A DNA stretch of 64,000 bases from Octopus sinensis (lineage: Eukaryota). The DNA is taken from contig NC_043006.1 of NCBI RefSeq assembly GCF_006345805.1, positions 94,302,001 through 94,366,000 on the forward strand, written 5' to 3'. Within the stretch, counting starts at the first letter, position 1, and each line of letters starts with the position of its first letter. The notes below the pieces were generated by a model. It searched no databases, was not told the DNA's origin, and saw nothing but the letters and a program-made list of their open reading frames with translations. A program made the translations under genes and the position numbers. Shown in pieces: positions 53,207 through 64,000 of the stretch.

Positions 53207-53640
53207 CATATGGTATAATTATAAACAGGGCATATGTTAGCCATTTCTCCGCAAACGGGAAAAAAATGAAGACCTTTAATCGATTTCCGAAACTTATCGG
53301 GTTTTCATCAGAGGCGCCCACGTCATTCTGACAGCCTCCACAGGACAGGCAGCTGAACTGTTTATATAATCAGCAAATGCAGCAGTTACTCCATGAAGGA
53401 GTCCCTAACGTGCATACCGAAAGTGTTCAACACTCTATAAATATCAGCGGCCTGTCAACGGGGACCTTAGTCAACACAGTGTCAGGGGTATGATATGGTA
53501 AATATCTGATATATGATATAATTATAAACTGGTCAAATTTTAGCCATTTCTCCGCAGATTGAAAAGAAATCGATTTTCGAACCTTATTGAGTTCTCATCA
53601 GAGGCGTCCACACTATTTCGACAGTCTCCAGAGAAACATA
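53207..53640 (-). repeat. Diverged ~300-bp tandem dimer, each unit carrying a hammerhead motif (53273-53317; 53566-53607)
   Basis: ttagccatttctccgca at 53237 and 53540; tcatcagaggcg at 53305 and 53595; second unit reads CUGAUGA GAAC ucaauaag GUUC GAAA aucgau UU. Confidence 0.7.
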
Positions 53641-53759
53641 TGTGTGTGTGTGTGTATACATACATACATACATACATACATACATACATACATACATACA
53701 TACATACATACATGTACATACGTATATCCTATCTCAGTGGACTGAGCCTGTTTTTTTCT

Positions 53760-53992
53760 TATTTCCTTACTAACCACAAGGGGCTAAACACAGAGAGGAC
53801 AAACATTGACAGACAAACAGATTAAGTCGATTATATCGACCCCAGTGCGTAACTGGTACTTATTTAATCGACCCCGAAAGGATGAAAGGTAAAGTCGACC
53901 TCGGCGGAATTTGAACTCAGAACGTAACGGCAGACGAAATACTGCTAAGCATTTCACCCGGCGTGCTAACGTTTCTGCCAGCTCGTCGCCTT
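53760..53992 (-). mobile_element. Young long-tail SINE family B
   Basis: Near-consensus reverse complement, including tail atttccttactaaccacaaggggctaaacacagag. Confidence 0.9.
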
Positions 53993-55069
53993 TCCTGTTC
54001 TTTTCTAATGCTGTTAAGAAAACGTTCATGTAGTTGTTAGTCGTCCAAGGAACCAAACTTCATCGTCATTAACAAAGCCTTTGCATTTGTTTGTTGACAT
54101 TCCAGTTCACAGTTATATGTAAGCGTGGGTCCAAGCTTTGCTCCTTAGAATTTTTCCTGGCCTTTAGTGATAGCTGTTATAGTCCTAGTTTTATAAACAG
54201 ACTGGATAGGCACATCTGGAGGGACTAAGCAACAACTCCCGGCAGCTCTTTAGTTGTGCAGAGACGTTTAGTTGTGAGATAATAACAACACCTCCATAGA
54301 TAATGGGAAGACAAAAATATGTATGAAAATGTATGTATATAAAAGTGTGCACCTGTATGTTTGTATATGTTTTGTGGTTGTGTGTGTTTCTGCAAATTTA
54401 CGACACTTTTTAAATGTGTACAAGTGTGTGTGTGTGTGTGTGTGTGAATATTCTCTGCCTCTCTTTATCTATCTGTCTCTCTCCCACACACTCTTTCTCT
54501 GTTTCTCTCGCTCTCTTCTCTTTTTCTGTCTCTATATATTCACATACGCACACACACATATATATAATATTTTATATACTTCGTATGTATGTGTACATGT
54601 GAATGTATAACGGACACACACCTACAGATGCACCCGCATATGAGCACACAGATATCGATAAGTAGGTAGACAGTGAGAGACCGATAAATAAATAACATAG
54701 ATATTATATGATATTTTTTTTCTTCTTCAAGTGGTTGTCTAGTTGTGGAGTGCCTTTAAGCCATCGTCTCTATAAAAGCACTTACCGACTCGAGGGTTGA
54801 TAAAAAAGTAAAAATAAATTAAAAAATACAGATAAGGTCAAGGAAATAAAACAAGAAACATACAATAAATACACAGTGAAAAAGGCCAGGACAATCAATT
54901 AACCACCTTTTTCAAGTGATGATAACGTTACAGACATGAGATGCAAGAAGACTTTTACCTCCACTGTTTAGTTATTAATAAGCGAATATGATAGCAACCA
55001 CAGTGTCAACAACAAAAGCAAGAAAAGGAGTAGAAACAGCAACAGCATTATATCATTAATTGATTGATG

Positions 55070-55945
55070 AAGGCGCCGAGCTGGAAGAAACGTTAGCACG
55101 CCGGGTGAAATGCTTAGCGGTGTTTCGTCTGCCGCTACGTTCTGAGTTCAAATCCCGCCGAGGTTGACTTTGCGTTTCACCCTTTCGGGGTCGATTAAAT
55201 AAGTACCAGTTACGCACTGGGGTTGATATAATCGACTTAATCCATTTGTCTGTCCTTGTGTGTCCCCTCTATGTTTAGCCCCTTGTGGGCAATAAAGAAA
55301 TAAGAAACGTTAGCACGCCGGGCGAAAAGCTTTGCGGTGTGTCGTCTCCCGCTACGTTCTGAGTTCAAATTCCGCCGAGGTCGACTTTGCGTTTACATCT
55401 TTTCTGCGTCAATAAACTAAGTATCAGTGAAACACTGGGGTCAATGTAATCGAATTAATGCTCTCCCTCAAAATTACAGGGCCTTACGCCTTCAGTAGAA
55501 AGGATTATATTATTAACGGATTGATAAAGAGCGACGAGCTGGCAGAAACGTTGGCAAGCCGAGCGAAAAGCTTTGCGGTGTGTCGTCTCCTGCTACGTTC
55601 TGAGTTCAAATTCCACCGAGGTCGACTTTGCCTTTCATCGTTTCGAGGTCGATTAAATAAGTACCAGTTACGCACTAGAGTCGATGTAATCGACTTAATC
55701 CCCTCCCGAAAGCTGCCTTTGTGGCAAAAATTTCAAATCATTATTAATGGATTGATGAATTCACAAAATCGGTAGAGTATCGTACAAAATGCCTTGTTGT
55801 GATATCAAATCCCCCTTTTACTCTTTGCAATCTGAGTTCAAATCCCGCCAAGGTTAACTTTGCCTTTCATTATTTCGAGGTGTTAATAAAATTAAGTGCC
55901 AGTTAATTTGTAGGGTCGGTCGATGGTAATCGCTAAATCCCTCTT
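55070..55945 (+). mobile_element. Head-to-tail array of four SINE B copies
   Basis: Copies at ~55070, 55303, 55528 and 55755, each with ttctgagttcaaat..gactttgc.tttca. Confidence 0.9.
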
Positions 55946-56284
55946 TGCCTGTGTGCGGGTGCGAGTTCGTGAATGTGTGGATGTTCTGATTTTATTTTAC
56001 AATTTTTTCACCGAGCGAAAGAGCTTGTTTCTCACCTAGAAATTCTTTCATCGTAGCTTATGCAATGCCAACTGAGTTTACGCCTGCCTGTGTGTCTGTC
56101 GGTCTATCTGTTTGTCTGTCTGTCTGTATGTCTGTATGTATGTATGTATGTATATGCGTATATATATATACATTTGTATATATAATATATATATATGTAT
56201 GTATATATATATATATATATGTATGTAATGCGTATATATATACATTGCAATATGACCATTCCGAATATAACAATATATATATAT

Positions 56285-56346
<62 letters not shown>

Positions 56347-56852
56347 TATATATATATGTAAATATATATATATGTGCGTATGTATATATATATATATATT
56401 TACATATATATGCATGATCGTATGTATACACACACATATGGATATATACGTATATATTTGTGTCTGTACGTATGTGTGTGTGTTTGTGTGTGTGGTGTGT
56501 ATGGGTGGGTGTGTGTTTGTTTGTTTGTATGTCTGCTCAGCTACATATACATGCATGAACGTATGCATATGTACATGTATATGTATTTGATGCATATATG
56601 CATGTACGTATGTGCGCCTATGTTTGCGTGAGTAGTGTTGTGCGTTCCTGAGCAATTATATTAGTTAAATAGCTGTCAATTTAAAATGACATTATTCTAT
56701 TTCTGTGACACCGAAATCGCTTCTTTCATGTACCTCATGGGGTTTGTTAGCTCAATCACTTTTATTAAAGGATCATCTGCAGTCCAAACTGCAGCTGCAC
56801 CTGATGAATAGTCTTATAATTGGGGCCAAGACCTTTTGAGACGATTACGAAG

Positions 56853-56894
56853 TTCGAACCTAGTAACAATTTTTTTTTTGTTACTAGGTTCGAA
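56853..56894. repeat. Perfect 17-bp-arm hairpin
   Basis: ttcgaacctagtaacaa (T8) ttgttactaggttcgaa. Confidence 0.9.
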
Positions 56895-56944
56895 TTTGTA
56901 GCAAGTATCCGACAGATTTTTATGTTGTGTCACTTGTTGTTGTT

Positions 56945-57893
56945 AAGGCGGCGGGCTGGCAGAATCTTTAGCACGCCAGGCGAAATGCTTAGCAGTATTT
57001 CGTCTGCCGCTACGTTCTGAGTTCAAATTCCGCCGAGGTCGACTTTGCCTTTCATCCTTTCGGGGTCGATTAAATAAGTACCAGTTAGCCCCTTGTGGGT
57101 AGTAAAGAAATAGAAACAGGTATTTCGTCTATCTTCACATTCAGAGTTCAAATTCTGCTGAGATCGACTTTGCTTTTCATCCTTTCGGGGTCGAAAAATT
57201 AAGTACCAGTTGCGTACTGGGATCGATCTACTCGACTGCCCCCTCCCCCTCCCCAAAGAGCTCAGCATATAAAGGCCAAATATTTTAGATGTGGCCTATA
57301 GGCACAGGAGTAGCTGTGTGGTGAGTAGCTTGCTTACCAGCCACATGGTTCCAGGTTCAGTCTCTCTGCATGGCACCTTGGGCAAGTGTCTTCTACAGCC
57401 ACGGGCCGACCATAACTGAAAGAAGCCCGTCGTATATGTGTGTATACATGCGTGTGTTTGTGTGTCTGTGTTTGTCCACCCAGCCAACATCGCGTGACAA
57501 CCGATGCTGGTGTGTTTATGTACCCGTAATTTAGCGGTTCGGCAAATGAGACCGATAAAATAAGCACCAGACTTACAAAGAATAATTCCTAGGGTCGATA
57601 TGCTCTACTAAAGGCGGTGCATGGCCACAGTCAAATGACTGAAACAAATAAAAGAATATATATTTCTTTACTACCCACAAGGGGCTAAACACAGAGGTGA
57701 CAAACAAGGACAGACAAACGGATTAAGTCGATTACATAGACCCCAGTGCGTAACTGGTACTTAATTTATCGACCCCGAAAGGATGAAAGGCAAAGTCGAC
57801 CTCGGCGGAATTTGAACTCAGAATGTAACGGCAGACGAAATACTGCTAAGCATTTCGCCCGGCGCGCTAACGATTCTGCCAGCTCGCCGCCTA
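56945..57893. mobile_element. SINE cluster: B(+) 56945-57112, B(+) 57119-57260, A(+) 57298-57660, B(-) 57662-57893
   Basis: Family motifs as above; the outer B copies are near-identical and inverted. Confidence 0.9.
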
Positions 57894-59072
57894 AAAGAAT
57901 ATAGCTTCACAAAACCTGTAACTTGTGGCGAAATATCACGCACCACGTGACAAATTGTTGCTTTTGCCGTCATCGTTATTGATGTTGTATTTTAACCACA
58001 AAGAAGTCCTGACTGGGTCAGCCAACGCTCAAAGACAATCTAGCCGTGAATACCTCACCACCACATCTTTTTAATAAGTACACAAAACTAAAATGCAAAT
58101 TAAGGGGCGGGGTGAAAAGCACAATACGTTATTGAAGAATTTAGTTCGCCGCTCCGCTGTTTTTTACTCGTCTTCTTCAGCATAAATCAATATTTTAACA
58201 AAAAAATTCAAAGACAAAGCAACCTGAAAAGAAAAAAGAAAGATAATAAAAAAATAAAGTAGGGAAAATGCGAACCATACGAAGGTCACCATCGTTTTCC
58301 ATTAAATCACACACACACACACACACACCATCAATATAACTGTCACCACCACCATCACCATCACCACGGCCATTGTATCAACAATAACAACGTCAGAAAA
58401 GATTCTTAAACTTTTAATTAGCCAACAAAAAACCGATTGGAAGTAGAAAAAAATATATAAAAAAGGTGGGGGGGGGGATAAGAAAAAAGCCACAAAAATA
58501 CGAGCTAAAAGATACAAAAGCACAAAATACAAAAAAAAAATGCCAAAATATGTTTTCAAAAAAAAAAAATAATGCCGAAATACATAATAAAAAACATAAA
58601 ATACAGACTGAAAAAAAAAAAAAAATTTTTTTTTACAATTATTTTTGTCTGTCATAATTCAGAAAACAGAAATTTCTAGTGTTTTCTGACAGACACAATT
58701 AGAATATCCTCTGACGTGAATGTTTTAACGAACACAACAACAATATCTACTACTACTACTACTAAAATAATATCGTATATCAAATAGCAAAACCGTGAAA
58801 TAATTGTTTCTAACATAGCAAATCCGTACAATAATAATAATATAATAATAACAACAATATTATTATTATTATTGTTATTATTATTATTATTATTGAAAAT
58901 AGAAATGAAAATGAAAGAAGACAGCAAAACCACAGCGAGTCACAACCACAAAAACCGCAACTATCACCACCTTGACCACCACCACCATCACTGGCAGACG
59001 TAGTGGTGGTGGTCGTGGAGTGATGGTATTGATAGTGAGGTGGTTGTGGTGGTAGTGAGGGTATGAGCGATG

Positions 59073-59103
<31 letters not shown>

Positions 59104-59269
59104 CAGCAGCAGCAGTAGTAGTAGTAGTAGTAGTAGTAGTAGTCGAATTGAGGATCATAGTGCTACAGGTGGTGGTGGTGGTAGTGCTGGTAATGTTTTT
59201 GTTTATACTGATGGGAACAAAATCGGAATACTGGTCGTGGATCTGACTTGATAGGAGAGAGTGAATGGC

Positions 59270-59577
59270 GATGAAGACGACGACGACGGCGACGATGATG
59301 ATGTTGATGGTGGTGATGACGATGACGATGGTGGTGGTGGTGGTGGTGGTGGTAGTGATGATGATGGAGTGGTGGTAGTGATGATGATGATGATGATGAT
59401 GAATAAGATGATGGAGTGGTGGTGGTGGTGGTGTGGTGATGATGATGATGAGGATGGTGGTGATCGTGATGATGATGATGATGATGGTGGCGGCGGTGGT
59501 GGTGGTAGTGGTGGTGGTGGTGATCGTGATGATGATGATGATGACGATGATGGTGGTGGTGGTGGTGGTGGTGGTAG

Positions 59578-59609
<32 letters not shown>

Positions 59610-59635
59610 GCGGTGGTGGTGGTGGTGGTAGTGAT
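59270..59635. repeat. (GAT)n/(GGT)n compound repeat with ~60-bp higher-order unit
   Basis: tgatcgtgatgatgatgatgatga..ggtggtggtggtagt at 59461 and 59521. Confidence 0.9.
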
Positions 59636-60075
59636 TATATTGAGGGCAAATTAGCAGGATTTCAGTGGTGGTGGAGGGGTATGTGTGAGCCGCTGTTATT
59701 GTCGATAATGTTATTTAACCCCATTTAAATCCTGCTCAAATGAGACACTCAATCAATATTGTTCCAGTCACGGCCATCACGACATTCTGTACACCTAACA
59801 CTAGCATCATTCAATGTATTCTCCCCTCTTCGGAAGGCAAAAGGGTATCATTCGAGGTAGATTTGGCTTACCATTTCTAGCAAACTTAAAGACTCTGTGT
59901 ACTCACTTGTGTTCTTGTTGATATTGGTTGTAGTGGTGGGGGAGCGATGATGATGATGATGAAAAGGAGGAGGAGGATGGTGATGATGATGAGTAGGAGG
60001 AGGAGTATGGCGATGATGGCAATGATGATGATGATGATGAAGGTAACGATGACCATGACGATGATGATAATGACA

Positions 60076-60110
<35 letters not shown>

Positions 60111-60959
60111 ATCGGAGAAGAGAAAGTAGTAGTAGTAGTAGTAGTGGTGGTGGTGGGGAGGCAGGGAGAAGATGTTTTATGACAGCAACAAGAACAAGAA
60201 CGACTGCATAAAACAAAATTAGCTCCAGCATCCAACAACAACAACAACAAAAACAACTGCAATAAAAACACCTACAACAACTTCAACCACCTCAACAACA
60301 ACGACAACAATATTACTGCCTGGTTCACACGGCAGAATTAATTTGAGGGAAAAATGGCGATTCTCGAAGTTTCTTGCTAATGGCCAATAATGGCGACGAT
60401 TTAAGATTTACTGGAATCTTGCAGAACACACACACACACACACGTAATCTTTTTTCTGCACACACATATATACGCAAGACGACATGGAAGTTCCTATATT
60501 GATGCAAGTACGTAGAAAGCATATACATGCATACGCGCACTCGTACATACATACACAATACATACATACATATACATATACATATACACACATATGTGTG
60601 TGTATATATATATATGCATGGCGTCCACAACATAAAGGAGAATTCATCCTTTAGGTTAATGAATATTATATCCGAATATTTTGCATTAATACAAACTTGG
60701 TAGTGTGAGTACACACATACACACACACACTCACACACACACACCACACACACACGCATACATAATATTATATATATAACATACGTACACATATAAATAT
60801 GCACACATATATGTATGCATGTATGTATGTATACATATATATTTACACATATGTGTATGTCTATATGTAAGTATGTATGTGTATAAGTGAGTATCTTCGG
60901 ATACTTGCAAAGAAGCGCCTGTATAGAAAAGATTGTAACCGTAATCAAGCAATGAAATT

Positions 60960-61930
60960 AAACAGGTAAATGTTACGTGGATTCCACAGTCGCCATGACA
61001 AGACATGATACTGGCGTCAGTTCTTGCAAATTGCGGAACTATCAAGAGAAAATCCATTAAACTTTTGAAATGAATCAAGACCTATACCACTATTCCAAAA
61101 AGTTAGAGGTAGATCACTCGAACGGTTATATAAAGAAGATGAAGAGCTACCGGGGTGTGAAAATATATATTGCAACGCGAAGCCGCTGCAGCAGTGAGGA
61201 ACCTTTGTTGGGGGAAAATGTGCAACTGTAGTTAACGAAAATGCTTAATAAAAGAATGCACCATGAAAAAAAACTGGTCAGTAAATAATAGTATCGACAG
61301 ACCAGTAGGTTTTTACCCCTCGAGGAAATTGCTTAAATCCTGAACGTCAAAAAAATAATAATAAAACACCGTAGTAATAATAGGGAAAGAACCGTTGCCA
61401 TTCGATGGACACGTTTAGGAACAATAAGGAATGAATGGACGATAGAAACAGCTCAAAACACAATTCACAGCAATTCACAAAACTCTTCATATCAACAAAA
61501 CACTAAATGAAAGAACGATTATGGTAATGTATTTATCGAAAACATATTTACTTGATGTTCTCCGTGATCGATCAGTGTGCTAAAGAATAACTAGCACAAA
61601 TTGAAGCCCTCGGCTTTTGGATATTGAATGTATTACAGAATTGTATGGCAATAACCATTCACCAAGAGATAGGAGTAAGAGATCGATCGAAATGATAAAC
61701 CAAAAAAAGTTACCAATCACAAAGAAAGAAAAAATCGGACAGGCTTTAGCAAAACATCGGAAATTTGGATACTGTCATTAGATGCAGAGTGAATAATGAA
61801 TTAGCAAACCACTAGCTATGGCTTGGTGGTTGACTATCGAAAATTTACGGAACTGTGGACGTACAAGCGCCAAGCGAAAGCTTAGTTATCGAGGAATTTA
61901 CAAGAACACGAGATTATCGACCGTTAATTT
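60960..61930 (+). mobile_element. Possible very old LINE (RTE-like) remnant
   Basis: A-rich, stop-riddled unique sequence with faint motifs (LAQIEALGFWI ~ RLEAFEMW). Confidence 0.3.
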
Positions 61931-62119
61931 GCGTTAGACAAATAAGCTATACACCGCATCATGAAGTACCATACAATGAAAGTTGTAAACAGATGTAGTT
62001 GTGATGCATGTACCTGGTGTACCCTTGTCGAACGGGTAGTCATGATGGGTATATTGGGTTTCGTATATTTGTAGCCAAACATCATTTTGATGGTGTGTGC
62101 TGCTCTCTTCAATAATAAT

Positions 62120-62326
62120 AATGGTTTCAAATTTTGGCACAAAGCTAGCAAATTTAGGGGAGAGCTTAAGTCGACCCCACTACGCAACTGGTACTTATTT
62201 TAGCGATCCCGAAAGGCTGAAAGGCAAAGTAACCTCGGCGGAATTGAAACTCAGAACATAAAGACGGACGAAATGTCACTAAGCATTTTGTACGGCATGC
62301 TAACGATTCTGCCAACCCGCCACCTT
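62120..62326 (-). mobile_element. SINE family B next to (AAT)n
   Basis: ggtttcaaattttggcacaa..actggtactta..gctaacgattctgccaacccgccacctt. Confidence 0.85.
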
Positions 62327-62403
62327 AATGATAATTACCAATTAACAACGATGGACGCTGTGTAAATATACACTCACATACATTTACACAAACTCATATG
62401 CAC

Positions 62404-62501
62404 CAGTGGTTCTCAACCATTTTTTACCTATGGACTCCTTCGATTCCTATTTCACTCAGATGGACGCTCATAGCCGTATGGACACCGGCTGAGAACTACT
62501 G
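62404..62501. mobile_element. 98-bp hAT MITE
   Basis: TIRs cagtggttctcaacc / ggctgagaactactg; imperfect 8-bp TSD atatgcac/atatacat. Confidence 0.8.
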
Positions 62502-62748
62502 ATATACATATATACACAAAATCGCACAAACACACTCACACACACAATACGTACAATAAATAACACGATACATTCTTGTGCACCCGATCCCCACCCACAC
62601 ATACATACACATATTCATGTACGCACATACACATACTTGTAATAATATGCATTGGCACGCATACTTCCACACAAATACATACCTGTGCAGACATAACATT
62701 CAACCACATGCTCTTTCACACGTGAACACACGCATACATACTTAGATG

Positions 62749-63080
62749 TACAGTAATTACTCACCATATCGCGGTTCATCTTTCACGCCCTCAGTACAAC
62801 GCGGATTTTTCTCGCTTATTACATGTAAATTTATATCGCGGACTCCTCAATATTTCGCGGGTTTCTGCATCCGTTAGGTATTTATATTTTTCTTGATGTT
62901 TTATATAGTTTTTTTTTGTATGAACGAACACATACACTCACACATACGCACACACAAACAAACAAACACCCACACAACCACACAGTCGCACACGCATACA
63001 TATAGAGAAAATAATGCAGATAAACGAATGAAACCGCTTCGGTAAGATATACAATATACACGTACATTATATATATATAT

Positions 63081-63121
<41 letters not shown>

Positions 63122-63695
63122 ATACACACACACACATGTGGGGATAAGCAAATAAGGTAGATCAAAATATAAAGTACATTGAATATATGAAATACAAAAA
63201 AAAATGTGTGTATATATGTATACAGTAATCCCTTGCCATATCGCGGACTTCTCAGTATATCGCGGGTTTCTGCGGCCGATAGGTATTTATTACTTTTTTA
63301 GATTTTAATTATTTCTGTGGTAAAATAAGCATTTTCACGCCTAAAAATTAATAAATTTGGAAATAAAAATAGAGCACAGTACTGCTGTGTATAACAGATT
63401 AATTAAAATATATTAAAAGAAAATATGTAGTGTACCGTAGATGGGTAAACAAAGAATCGCACATACTGTATGGGAAACGAAACTCGGGTGGCGAGTGTGG
63501 GGTGGTGTTTTGAATTTATATAAATCATAAGAATAATAAAAAATTATACAGTACAAGACTATACAGTATATAAAATATACAGTACAGGCACACGCATACA
63601 TACTTAGATGTACAGTAATTACTCGCCACATCGCGGTTCACCTATCACGCCCTCATTACAACGCGGATTTTTCTCACTTATTATATGTAAATATA
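62749..63695 (+). mobile_element. Three same-orientation Tigger/pogo-like element ends
   Basis: TA|cagtaat..gccatatcgcgg at 62751, 63223 and 63613. Confidence 0.7.
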
Positions 63696-63705
63696 ATATA
63701 ATGTA

Positions 63706-63737
<32 letters not shown>

Positions 63738-63746
63738 TATATATAT

Positions 63747-63787
63747 ACTAGCATTATGACCCGTCGTTGCCGGGTCATAGTGCTAGT
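63747..63787. mobile_element. 17-bp-arm hairpin bounded by ACTAG/CTAGT; Helitron-like 3' terminus
   Basis: actagcattatgacccg tcgttgc cgggtcatagtgctagt next to (TA)n; GC hairpin about 10 nt before CTAG|T. Confidence 0.5.
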
Positions 63788-64000
63788 GCATGTATATATG
63801 TGTACATATTACCATGTACATCTATATATACATCTACACATAAAATACAAAATACAAAGTTATATCTTGATATCACTTGTGATAACAATACTCAAAATAT
63901 ATAACAGACTGGAATTGTAAGCCCGTCTCTTGCAATTTCGACCAATTGTATCTTGTCCTCCCTCTTGTATAGAAGTGTGGCTACAATCCAGCCTACCTCA

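Noticed and set aside
55070-55945. Regularly spaced repeats as a CRISPR-like array
   Set aside because: Units are ~220-bp SINE copies with no unique spacers; eukaryotic context.
59261-60271. Asp/Gly-rich and His-rich ORFs
   Set aside because: (GAT)n/(GGT)n microsatellites, open in several frames on both strands.

Overview
AT-rich, extremely repeat-dense eukaryotic DNA with a 100-N scaffold gap at 19343-19442. The SINE families and the density of (TA)n/(CA)n/(TAA)n/(GATA)n tracts look like an octopod cephalopod genome (recognition, not a database result). I find no intact host protein-coding exon; almost all track ORFs are translated microsatellites. The window contains three tRNA-headed SINE families (about 40 copies or fragments, often nested or inverted) and decayed LINEs: R4/Dong-type RLE, CR1/Jockey-type APE+RT, RTE, and probably Penelope-like. 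DNA-transposon derivatives include a fold-back mariner, hAT MITEs, Tigger/pogo-like ends and two unclassified inverted-repeat elements. A ~1.45-kb tandem duplication is probably an assembly artefact. The most interesting signal is about 15 minimal type-I hammerhead-ribozyme motifs from at least 6 unrelated short non-coding families. Several have intact cores, some have variant cores (CUGUUGA) or long stem-II insertions, and they occur as inverted pairs (one with a 12-bp TSD) or a ~300-bp tandem dimer. Together they suggest a Penelope/retrozyme-like non-autonomous system lodged in microsatellites. All folds and translations were done by eye.
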